DNA of 64,000 bases from Alphaproteobacteria bacterium (GTDB lineage Bacteria > Pseudomonadota > Alphaproteobacteria > UBA8366 > GCA-2717185): positions 6,798 to 70,797 of the forward strand of contig JAJFJB010000268.1 of assembly GCA_021774435.1 (NCBI GenBank), read 5' to 3'. The notes under the pieces were generated by a model, which made no database searches, was not told the origin of the DNA, and saw nothing but the letters and a program-made list of their open reading frames with translations. This document shows positions 1 through 8,360 of the stretch, piece after piece (the stretch's first letter is position 1; the number at the start of each line of letters is the position of its first letter). Made by a program: the position numbers and the translations under genes.

Positions 1-1
1 G

Positions 2-94
2 AAATCCGGCAAGGCTTTGTGCGCACCGGTAAGCGAAGATCTGAAGGTCTACGAAGTTAAAATCGAAGACGGCGCGGTTTTCGTTAAAGCATAA
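2..94 (+). CDS. 3' end of a gene that begins upstream of the window. The tail resembles Rieske-type [2Fe-2S] ferredoxin or small-subunit proteins.
   Basis: The frame is open from the window edge and translates as KSGKALCAPVSEDLKVYEVKIEDGAVFVKA*, with TAA at 92-94. The L.VYEV.IEDG.V.V ending is typical of Rieske ferredoxin components. Only 30 aa are visible. Confidence 0.3.
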   Translation, partial: KSGKALCAPVSEDLKVYEVKIEDGAVFVKA

Positions 95-112
95 TTCGAC
101 AGGAGAGCAGAA

Positions 113-1297
113 ATGGGCGGCGTACTGGACGGGATTCGGGTTCTTGATTTTGGGCGATTTATCGCGGGGCCCTGGTGCGGCGCTCTACTGGGCGATTTTG
201 GCGCTGATGTCATCCGCATCGACAAGCGGGGCGGCGGCGAAGACCGCGGCATCCTTCCGATGACAGAAGATGAAACCGGGGCGATGTTTCTGCAGATGAA
301 CCGCAACAAGCGCGGCATGACGCTCGACCCGACAAAACCGGAAGGCCGCGAAATCCAGGAGAAGCTGGTTGCGACCGCCGATGTGGTCCTCGTGAATATG
401 CCGGAGCGGCCGCGCAAGCAGCTTGGCCTTGACTATCCAACCCTGAAAGCGATCAAGCCGGACATCATCCTGACCACGGCAACCGCCTTCGGTTCGACCG
501 GGCCCATGTCGACCAAGGTCGGCTTCGATACGGTCGCGCAAGCGATGTCGGGCGCCATGTATCTGTCGGGAACCGCTGACAGCGCCATGCGCTCCTACTA
601 TCCCTGGGTCGATTACGGCACCGCGACTTTATGTGCCCTCGGGACCATGGCGGCTATCATGTCGCATAAGGCGACAGGACAGGGACAACATGTCCAGGGT
701 TCGCTGCTTGCCACCGCTCTCACCAACGCGAACTCGACGCTGATCGAGCAAGCCCTCACCCAGGAAAATCGCGTTGCCACGGGGAATCGCGGACAATTGA
801 GTGCACCGTCCGATTCCTTCAAAACCAAGGATGGCGAAATCATTTGTGTGGCCATCGGCGAACTCATGCACAAACGTTGGGCAGATCTCATGGGCGAGGA
901 AAGCTGGCTGACAGACCCCCGGTTCAAGGGCGACGAGGCCCGTGCCGAACATGCCGAGATCATCAGCGAGCGGATGCAGGCCTGGTGCGGCGAGCGCACA
1001 ACAGAAGAAGCGTTGGAACAACTTGAATCTGCCCGCCTGCCGGCTGCGCCCGTATTTACGCCACAAGAGGCGCTCGACAATGAACATATCCAGGAAGTCG
1101 GCTTCATGAAGCCGATCGGTTATCCAGGACTATCGCAACCGGCGCCAATCATCGACACCCCGGTCTCGCTCTCTGAGACACCGGGAGGCATCCATCGGCG
1201 CCCGCCAAAACTCGGCGAACACAATGACGAAATTCTCGCGGAACTCGGCTACGATGCCGCGGCAATCGCGCGCTTTCGGGAGGTCGAAGCGATCTAA
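113..1297 (+). CDS. Family III CoA-transferase (CaiB/BaiF family)
   Basis: The N-terminus GIRVLDFGRFIAGPWCGALLGDFGADVIRIDK is the hallmark family III CoA-transferase motif. AGGAGAG lies 6 nt upstream of the ATG. 394 aa. Confidence 0.85.
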   Translation: MGGVLDGIRVLDFGRFIAGPWCGALLGDFGADVIRIDKRGGGEDRGILPMTEDETGAMFLQMNRNKRGMTLDPTKPEGREIQEKLVATADVVLVNMPERPRKQLGLDYPTLKAIKPDIILTTATAFGSTGPMSTKVGFDTVAQAMSGAMYLSGTADSAMRSYYPWVDYGTATLCALGTMAAIMSHKATGQGQHVQGSLLATALTNANSTLIEQALTQENRVATGNRGQLSAPSDSFKTKDGEIICVAIGELMHKRWADLMGEESWLTDPRFKGDEARAEHAEIISERMQAWCGERTTEEALEQLESARLPAAPVFTPQEALDNEHIQEVGFMKPIGYPGLSQPAPIIDTPVSLSETPGGIHRRPPKLGEHNDEILAELGYDAAAIARFREVEAI

Positions 1298-1321
1298 CCA
1301 ATGTGAAAGGTTCCCTTCGCG

Positions 1322-2074
1322 ATGAAGGAAACGCAATTCAAGCGGGGCGAAACCATCTACGAAGAGGGTGACGCCAGCGATTGCTCTTATATCGTCGCGT
1401 CGGGCGCCGTTGAAGTGTCGCGCAAAGCTGGTGATACCGTAGTTCCCTTGGCGCAGTTGCACAATGGTCAGATATTTGGCGAAGTCGGTGTCATCCGCGA
1501 TAAAGCGCGATCTACAACAACCCGCGCTGCAACGGATGTAACTCTCCTGACGATCACCAAGCAGGATTTCGACACAGCCTTCGGTGACAAAAACCCACTC
1601 GCGCTAACCTTACTGCGAATGCTGTGTAAACGGCTCAGCGATGCCACTCAACGCATTTACGACGATCAACTGCACGCCGCCGGCGCCGCGCTGTCGGAAA
1701 TCACGGAAATTCGATTACGGCCCGGTTCACCGGAAGTCGAATCGCAAATAGGATCGGACGGCTTCGTCGTTACAGGTTTGCCCTTCTCTGTTGGCCGGCG
1801 CGCCGTGGCAGGCGAGGCAGCCAGCGCAAAAGACGTCGAACTGCTGCTTCGCGTAACCAAGCCCTTCGAGATGGCGCCACGGCACTTCGTCATAGAAGAA
1901 CAGCATGGCAGCCTCGCTCTGCGGGATCTTGGCACCGCGCTGGGAACACTCGTGAACGGCATCCGCTTTGCGCCGTTCGAACAGTCGGACAGCACTATGC
2001 TGAAAATGGGTGTCAGTGAAATTCAAGCAGGCGGTCTGGACAGCACCGTACGCTTCAATTTGGTCGTGCAGTAG
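1322..2074 (+). CDS. Cyclic-nucleotide-binding domain protein with a C-terminal FHA-like domain
   Basis: N-terminal residues FKRGETIYEEGDASDCSYIVASGAVEV...FGEVGVIRDKARSTTTRA match the cNMP-binding (Crp-like) beta-barrel. The C-terminal FSVGRR...HFVIEEQHGSLALRDLGTALGTLVNG resembles a degenerate FHA core. Confidence 0.7.
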   Translation: MKETQFKRGETIYEEGDASDCSYIVASGAVEVSRKAGDTVVPLAQLHNGQIFGEVGVIRDKARSTTTRAATDVTLLTITKQDFDTAFGDKNPLALTLLRMLCKRLSDATQRIYDDQLHAAGAALSEITEIRLRPGSPEVESQIGSDGFVVTGLPFSVGRRAVAGEAASAKDVELLLRVTKPFEMAPRHFVIEEQHGSLALRDLGTALGTLVNGIRFAPFEQSDSTMLKMGVSEIQAGGLDSTVRFNLVVQ

Positions 2075-2181
2075 GGAATATTTAGAACGAGCCAATCCCT
2101 TCCGGGAACCTCGGATTGCACGGTTTGGTGTCCGGCCTCATACTGCGCCTTCATCCAATTTTTCACTTTTGAGAGGCAGAC

Positions 2182-3789
2182 ATGGCGCGCGGTATCATTA
2201 CGGCCCCCCAACCAGAAGCTGTTGAAGCAGGAGCCGTCGTCATGATGAACGGTGGCAACGCCGTCGACGCGGCCATTACCTGCGCCCTGGTGCAAAATGT
2301 TGTCGATCCGCAGATGTGCGGAATCGCCGGTTTCGGCTCCATGCACCTTTATCTGCCGAAGAAGAATTTTCACGGCTTTATCGACTTCCACACGCGCGCG
2401 CCGTCCTCTGTGCGCGACGACATGTGGGAAGACTTGATCGTTGGCGAATCCCGGGATGGCTTCGGTTTTTTCCTGGAAGGCCGACTCAACGAGGTCGGCT
2501 ATCAGTCGATCATGGTTCCCGGCAGCCTCAAGGCCTATTACGAAGCGATCCTCGAACACGGCACAATGGATTGGAAAGATATCTGCGCGCCGGCCATCGA
2601 ACATGCGGAAAACGGCTTTGTCGTCCGACCGCATGTCTACGACTTTTGGGTCAAGAAGCACGATAATGGCCGTCTTCCCACCATCGATAAAATGCGCTCA
2701 ACCCCTGCCGGACGCAGCATCTACTTCGACGAGAATGGCGAAATTGCCAAGGTCGGTAGCGTCGTCAAAAACCCGGACATGGCCCGTACGCTGCGACGCA
2801 TTGCCGAGGGCGGCGCGGACATCTTCTATTCCGGCGAGATCGGTGAAGAAATCGCCGACGATATGCAAAAGAACGGTGGTCTGCTCTGCCTGGATGATTT
2901 GAAAAACTACAAAACCAGCCGCGTCGATCCTTTATGGTCGACCTATCGGGATTACCGCATTTCCACCAATCCACCGCCCGGCGGCGGTATCATGGTGCTG
3001 GAGATGCTGAATATCCTGGAAAACTTCGATCTTGCGGCGATGGGGCACAATTCGCCCGACTATATCCGGGTCGTCAGCGAAGCGATGAAATACGCGACAA
3101 TCGACAAGGATACGCGCGTCGGCGACCCGCTCTTCGTGGACGTGCCGTTCGACGAACTCCTCGACAAAGGTTACGCAAGCCAACTCGCAGCAGCGATCAA
3201 GGCTGGAAAAATTTCGCACGTCGAACGGCTGAAGGAAGTACCTGAGTCGAAAGACACAACACATGTCTGCACCCTGGATTCAGAAGGCAACGCGGTTACC
3301 ATGACCCACTCGCTTGGCATGCCGTCAGGCGTCGTCACCGACGGTCTGGGCTTCATGTATAATGGCTGCATGAGTGTGTTCGATCCCCGTCCCGGGCGTG
3401 CGGGATCGCTCGCACCCGGAAAGGGCCGTTTTACGGCGATGTCCCCGACAATCGTCTTCAAGGGCGACGAGCCGCATATCGTTATTGGCGCACCGGGCGG
3501 AACCTATATAACGATGGGTGTCCTGCAAGGCCTGCTGAACAGCCTCGACTTCGGCATGTCGATCAGCGACGCCATCGCAGCACCGCGGTTTTCCACAAAC
3601 AGCGATACGATCGATGTCTGCAACCGTATTCCACGTTTCGTGACCGACGAACTGGAAAAGATCGGCTACCCTGTCGCGCGCAGCTATCTGTCCTACCACT
3701 TTGCCGGCGTGCATGGCATCCGGATCGATGATGGCGCATGGACCGGTGCCGCCGACCCCGGACGCGACGGCATGGCACTAACAGTCTGA
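2182..3789 (+). CDS. ggt: Gamma-glutamyltranspeptidase family protein, paralogue 1
   Basis: 535 aa. Family motifs include QPEAVEAGAVVMMNGGNAVDAAI and the autoprocessing/nucleophile region ESKDTTHVCTLDSEGNAVTMTHSLG, followed by GFMYNG and APGKG. GAGAGG lies upstream of the ATG. Confidence 0.85.
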   Translation: MARGIITAPQPEAVEAGAVVMMNGGNAVDAAITCALVQNVVDPQMCGIAGFGSMHLYLPKKNFHGFIDFHTRAPSSVRDDMWEDLIVGESRDGFGFFLEGRLNEVGYQSIMVPGSLKAYYEAILEHGTMDWKDICAPAIEHAENGFVVRPHVYDFWVKKHDNGRLPTIDKMRSTPAGRSIYFDENGEIAKVGSVVKNPDMARTLRRIAEGGADIFYSGEIGEEIADDMQKNGGLLCLDDLKNYKTSRVDPLWSTYRDYRISTNPPPGGGIMVLEMLNILENFDLAAMGHNSPDYIRVVSEAMKYATIDKDTRVGDPLFVDVPFDELLDKGYASQLAAAIKAGKISHVERLKEVPESKDTTHVCTLDSEGNAVTMTHSLGMPSGVVTDGLGFMYNGCMSVFDPRPGRAGSLAPGKGRFTAMSPTIVFKGDEPHIVIGAPGGTYITMGVLQGLLNSLDFGMSISDAIAAPRFSTNSDTIDVCNRIPRFVTDELEKIGYPVARSYLSYHFAGVHGIRIDDGAWTGAADPGRDGMALTV

Positions 3790-3808
3790 TTGGCCCCAGA
3801 GGATCACA

Positions 3809-5419
3809 ATGACTCACGGTATGATTTCCGCGCCCCAGCCAGAGGCGGTTGAGGCGGGAGCACTCATGATGAAGCGCGGCGGCAACGCCATCGACGCCGC
3901 TATCGCCTGCGCTCTGGTGCAAGGAGTCGTTGATCCACTGATGTGCAGCATCGCCGGTGTCGGGACGATGCAGGTCTACATGCCCAAAGATAATGTACAT
4001 GAGTGCATCAATTTTCTAGGCAAAGCCCCGGGCGCCGCCCGTGAAGATATGTGGGCCGACTTGATTGAAGGTGAAACACGAGACGGATTTGGGTTCCGGT
4101 TGCGCGGCCGGGTCAATGAAATGGGCTATCAATCCATTGCCGTGCCGGGAAGCCTCAAAGCTTATTGGGAAGCTGCCACCGCTTACGGGTCGATGGATTG
4201 GGCCGATCTGGTTCAGCCCGCAATCGACCACGCCGAATTCGGCCGGCTGGTCCGCCCGACCGCATATGCCTATATCACAATGCAAGAAGCGGCATTGGGC
4301 CGGGTTAACAATATCGACAAGCTCCGCGCCTTCGAGGCTACGCGCAAACTGTTCTTTACCGCGGACGGCGAATTGCGCGGCCTCGGTGAACGTATCCCGA
4401 ATCCGAACTATGCCGAAACGTTACGGCAGATCGCACAAGATGGTGCCGAGGTATTTTATTCGGGCAGTATCGCTGCGGAAATTGCCGACGAAATGGACCG
4501 CCATGATGGTCTTATCACACAAGACGATTTGAAGAATGTCGCGACAACGCACACACCTCCGCTTTGGGGTGAATACCGAGGGTATAAGGTCGCAACCAAT
4601 CACCCGCCCGGCGCCGGTATGGTGTTACTCGAAATGCTGAACATTCTGGAGAATTTCGATATTGCCAGCTTGGGGCATAATTCACCGGATTATATTCGCG
4701 TCCTGGCAGAGGCCATTAAATACGGCATTATCGATAAGGCAGCCCATATGGGCGATCCTGCCTTCGTAGACATTCCGGTGGGACGGCTGATCAGCAAGGA
4801 ACATGCGAAACAATTCGCGGCCAAGCTCGAAGCGGGTAAAAAGGCGCATGTCGAACGAATGCCGCTAGCGCCGGAATCGAAAGACACGACGCAAGTCTCA
4901 ACGATCGACGAGTATGGCAACGCCGTGACCATGACTCACACGCTTGGAATGCCGTCTGGTGTCGTGAGCGAGAATCTTGGTTTCATGTATAACGGCAGCA
5001 TGGGTATCTTCGACCCTCGGCCAGGCCGCGCTGCTTCCATTGCACCTGGAAAAGGCTATACGAGCTCGATGACCCCGACGATTGTCTTTCGCGATGGCGC
5101 CCCTTATATCGTCGTCGGCGCACCAGGCGCGACCCACATCACACTCGGTGTTATGCAGGTGATCCTCAACATCCTCGAGTTCGGCATGCCGATTTCCGAT
5201 GCCATTGCCGCGCCCCGCTTTTCCGTTACTAGCAATGCTGTCGATGTCAGCAACCGTATTCCCCGTTACGTGACCGATGAGGTTGAAGCCATGGGATACG
5301 AAGTTCGACGCAGCCCCAATAGTTACGGCTTTGCCGGCGTTCACGGAGTCATGAACGACAATGGAAAGCTTACGGGCGCCGCCGATCCCGGACGGGACGG
5401 CATGGCGCTTGGCGTCTGA
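3809..5419 (+). CDS. ggt: Gamma-glutamyltranspeptidase family protein, paralogue 2 (tandem copy)
   Basis: 536 aa, collinear with the preceding gene. Shared blocks include LEMLNILENFD, GHNSPDYIRV, ESKDTT, GNAVTMTH.LGMPSGVV, FDPRPGRA, DAIAAPRFS and TGAADPGRDGMAL. It starts 19 nt after paralogue 1. Confidence 0.85.
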   Translation: MTHGMISAPQPEAVEAGALMMKRGGNAIDAAIACALVQGVVDPLMCSIAGVGTMQVYMPKDNVHECINFLGKAPGAAREDMWADLIEGETRDGFGFRLRGRVNEMGYQSIAVPGSLKAYWEAATAYGSMDWADLVQPAIDHAEFGRLVRPTAYAYITMQEAALGRVNNIDKLRAFEATRKLFFTADGELRGLGERIPNPNYAETLRQIAQDGAEVFYSGSIAAEIADEMDRHDGLITQDDLKNVATTHTPPLWGEYRGYKVATNHPPGAGMVLLEMLNILENFDIASLGHNSPDYIRVLAEAIKYGIIDKAAHMGDPAFVDIPVGRLISKEHAKQFAAKLEAGKKAHVERMPLAPESKDTTQVSTIDEYGNAVTMTHTLGMPSGVVSENLGFMYNGSMGIFDPRPGRAASIAPGKGYTSSMTPTIVFRDGAPYIVVGAPGATHITLGVMQVILNILEFGMPISDAIAAPRFSVTSNAVDVSNRIPRYVTDEVEAMGYEVRRSPNSYGFAGVHGVMNDNGKLTGAADPGRDGMALGV

Positions 5420-5447
5420 TCCTGATCAGCCGAACCGTATCGCCGTC

Positions 5448-6737
5448 ATGACCGCCGTTTCCTCCGCGACCCCGCAACACAGTTTGCTCCGGCTTGTCCT
5501 GACCGTATTCCTGCCTTTTGCCGGCGGTTATTTCTTGTCCTATCTGTACCGTTCGACAAACGCCGTTATTGCCCCTCAGCTAATCAGCGAAGTCGGATTG
5601 AGCGCCGGTGATCTCGGTCTGATTACCTCTGCATATTTTTTAGCCTTTGCCGCCGCTCAGGTTCCTCTTGGCCTACTCCTGGATCGCTTCGGCCCGCGAC
5701 GGGTGCAGGCAACCTTTCTTTTGTTCGCCGCTCTCGGTGCCGTTCTTTTTGCAATTGGCCATAGCAAGGAGATGCTTGCTGTTGCGCGCGGGCTCATCGG
5801 CTTAGGCGTTGCCGGCGGGCTGATGGCATCGTTCAAGGCAATTACCCTTTGGTTTCCGGAACGGCGCTGGCCCTTGGTCAATGGCTGTTTTATGGCTATG
5901 GGCGGGCTTGGTGCCGTGTCTGCCACGGCGCCGCTTGAAGCAGCGTTGCATTACGCCGACTGGCGCGGCGTATTTTTTGTACTGGCCGCGATAACGGTTG
6001 CGGTTTCTTCGATCATCTTCTTTACCGTGCCGGAGCGCAAAGAGCGGCCGACACGATCTTCGTTGCATACGCAGTTGGCTGGTCTTCGGCACATTTATGG
6101 GGATCGGCTATTCTGGCGCTACGCCCCGCTAACGATTACAGCGCTGGCCGCGAATATGGCAATTCAATCGCTCTGGGCAGGGCCGTGGTTGAAGGATATA
6201 GCGGGACTGGAGCGAGCTGATGTCGCGAACTACCTGTTCGTCCTCACCGCGTCGATGACATTAGGGTTCGTTTCGAATGGCGTTGTCGCGGACTTTCTGG
6301 AGCGATGGAATGTGAGCCTGGGCAAGATTATCGGGTGGGGCATGATAATATTTTTATTTTCCCAGGCGGCCATTACGTTTGAGCTTGATCCGATCGGGAT
6401 TTGGCCTTGGATCTTGTTTGGCCTGACGATGAATATCGTCGTTCTGGCCTACCCTCTGCTGAGCCGGCACTTTCCACTGGACTATGCGGGCCGGGTCAAT
6501 ACGGGACTTAATGTTCTGGCGTTTGGTGGTGTCTATGTCGCGCAATACGGTATCGGCGCGATTATCGATCTTTGGCCCCCGGCCGCCGACGGCAGCTATT
6601 TGCCGGAAGCTTATCGCGCCGCGTTTGGCACGTTCCTCGGACTTCAGGTGCTCGCGTTCATCTGGTTTCTGATTCCGAACCGCCGGGCCGCGAGTGCCGA
6701 AAATGACACACTCGAACCCGGCGCTCCGTCTCCCTAA
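5448..6737 (+). CDS. MFS transporter
   Basis: Multi-span hydrophobic protein with an MFS loop 2-3 motif (LGLLLDRFGPRR). I moved the start to the ATG at 5448 (MTAVSSATPQ...), because the track start at 5361 overlaps the end of the GGT gene. Confidence 0.75.
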   Translation: MTAVSSATPQHSLLRLVLTVFLPFAGGYFLSYLYRSTNAVIAPQLISEVGLSAGDLGLITSAYFLAFAAAQVPLGLLLDRFGPRRVQATFLLFAALGAVLFAIGHSKEMLAVARGLIGLGVAGGLMASFKAITLWFPERRWPLVNGCFMAMGGLGAVSATAPLEAALHYADWRGVFFVLAAITVAVSSIIFFTVPERKERPTRSSLHTQLAGLRHIYGDRLFWRYAPLTITALAANMAIQSLWAGPWLKDIAGLERADVANYLFVLTASMTLGFVSNGVVADFLERWNVSLGKIIGWGMIIFLFSQAAITFELDPIGIWPWILFGLTMNIVVLAYPLLSRHFPLDYAGRVNTGLNVLAFGGVYVAQYGIGAIIDLWPPAADGSYLPEAYRAAFGTFLGLQVLAFIWFLIPNRRAASAENDTLEPGAPSP

Positions 6738-6750
6738 CTTCTCCAGGATC

Positions 6751-8136
6751 CTAGAACTGCGCTGTCTCAGTCGACCCGGCCATAGCCGTCGTCGAGGAGC
6801 TTCCGCCGGCAGCCGTATCGGCGACGGCATCGAAGTAGCCCGTGCCGACCTCGCGCTGGTGCCGAGTTGCAGTGTAGCCTTCGGACTCTGCGGCAAACTC
6901 CGCTTGCTGCAATTCCGAATAGCCCGCCATGCCGCGCTCCCGATAGGCTTTCGCAAGCTTGAACGTCGCCAAGTTAAGGCTATGGAAACCGGCCAGGGTA
7001 ATGAACTGATACTTATAGCCCATCGCCGCAATCTCGCGCTGGAACTGCGCCATTTCCTCTTCACCCAGATGACTTGCCCAGTTGAATGACGGCGAACAGT
7101 TGTACGCCAGCATCTGGTCAGGATATTCACTGCGGATCGCTTCAGCATACCGGCGCGCTTCGTCCAGGTCCGGAGTCGAGGTTTCACACCAGATCAAATC
7201 GGCGTACGGCGCGTAGGCAAGGCCCCGTGCAATGGCGCATTCGATTCCACCGGTCATCCGATAGAAACCTTCCGCCGTCCGTTCCCCTGTCAGGAAGGGC
7301 TGGTCACGCTCGTCTATATCACTCGTGATCAAGCGCGCAGCATCGGCATCGGTCCGCGCCATAATCACCGTTGGGACAGCCATCGTATCGGCAGCCAAAC
7401 GTGCCGCGTTCAGCGTCCGGACAAAAGTACGGGTCGGAACCAGAACCTTGCCACCAAGATGACCGCATTTCTTTTCCGATGCGAGTTGGTCTTCAAAATG
7501 AATTCCCGCGGCACCAGCCTCGATCATCGACTTGGCGAGTTCAAACGCATTCAACGGCCCCCCAAACCCTGCTTCCGCGTCGGCGATAATGGGAAGCATA
7601 TAATCCGTATCATCTTCCGATTCGCCATCCATACGCTCCAGATGCTGAATTTGATCGGCCCGGATGAGCGCCTGATTCATCTGACGGATCACCTTTGGCA
7701 CACTGTCGACCGGATAGAGGCTTTGATCGGGGTACATCGCACCGGCACTGTTGGCATCCGCGGCGACCTGCCAGCCCGAAAGATAAATCGCCTTCAGTCC
7801 CGCCTTGGCGTGTTGTACCGCCTGATTGCCCGTAAAAGCGCCAAAGGTCGGCACATAATCTTCCGTCTGCAACAACTTCCAAAGTTTTCGCGCACCCATT
7901 TCCGCCAATGTGTGGCGAATTCGGATCGACCCCGTAAGCCGGCGCACATCTTCAGTGGAATAATCACGCGCCACATTGTCCCATCGTCCTGGATCGGCGC
8001 ACGGCCAAGCGTCTTTGCTTTCAGACGGACAGGACTGCGCATCGCCATCGGTCTTCAGTGAAATACCGCTATCGGCCCGGGAAAGGTTTTCTTCGATCTC
8101 TGTTTTCAAATTGCGAATCTGATCGTACATGGTCAT
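6751..8136 (-). CDS. aceA: Isocitrate lyase
   Basis: Contains the catalytic signature [14 protein letters not shown] plus [23 protein letters not shown] and [15 protein letters not shown]. The start is set at MTMYDQI (ATG 8136). The track extension to 8379 runs into the AT-rich intergenic DNA and gives a nonsense peptide. Confidence 0.9.
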   Translation of the reverse strand: MTMYDQIRNLKTEIEENLSRADSGISLKTDGDAQSCPSESKDAWPCADPGRWDNVARDYSTEDVRRLTGSIRIRHTLAEMGARKLWKLLQTEDYVPTFGAFTGNQAVQHAKAGLKAIYLSGWQVAADANSAGAMYPDQSLYPVDSVPKVIRQMNQALIRADQIQHLERMDGESEDDTDYMLPIIADAEAGFGGPLNAFELAKSMIEAGAAGIHFEDQLASEKKCGHLGGKVLVPTRTFVRTLNAARLAADTMAVPTVIMARTDADAARLITSDIDERDQPFLTGERTAEGFYRMTGGIECAIARGLAYAPYADLIWCETSTPDLDEARRYAEAIRSEYPDQMLAYNCSPSFNWASHLGEEEMAQFQREIAAMGYKYQFITLAGFHSLNLATFKLAKAYRERGMAGYSELQQAEFAAESEGYTATRHQREVGTGYFDAVADTAAGGSSSTTAMAGSTETAQF

Positions 8137-8360
8137 CTCTCTTTTGTTGGGAAGCCAGACCGCACAGACGAACCTGTCTTCTAATAAGTTTGTGCACCGC
8201 ACCATTTCATGATAAATACGGCGGGTTATTTGATATGCGTATAACATTACAAAACACACAAAAATTCCATAATAACCTGAAAGACAACAATTAATTATGT
8301 AACAATAAGAAAATTTACGATTTTCTATTTGTAAATTTTGTAAATTACAAAGCGTGCGAT
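8137..8360. promoter_or_regulatory. AT-rich divergent control region between aceA and its regulator, carrying reiterated TTGTAA/TTACAA half-sites
   Basis: This stretch is the most A/T-rich of the window. TTTGTAAAT is directly repeated at 8328-8336 and 8337-8345. A perfect 13-nt palindrome TTGTAAATTACAA sits at 8338-8350. Further TTACAA/TGTAAC-like half-sites lie near 8246 and 8297. Confidence 0.5.

Noticed and set aside
6354-7187. 277-aa minus-strand ORF spanning the MFS 3' end and the aceA 3' end
   Set aside because: It is in an alternative frame or antisense to two well-supported genes, and it has the Arg/Ser/Pro/Trp-rich composition typical of spurious ORFs in GC-rich DNA.
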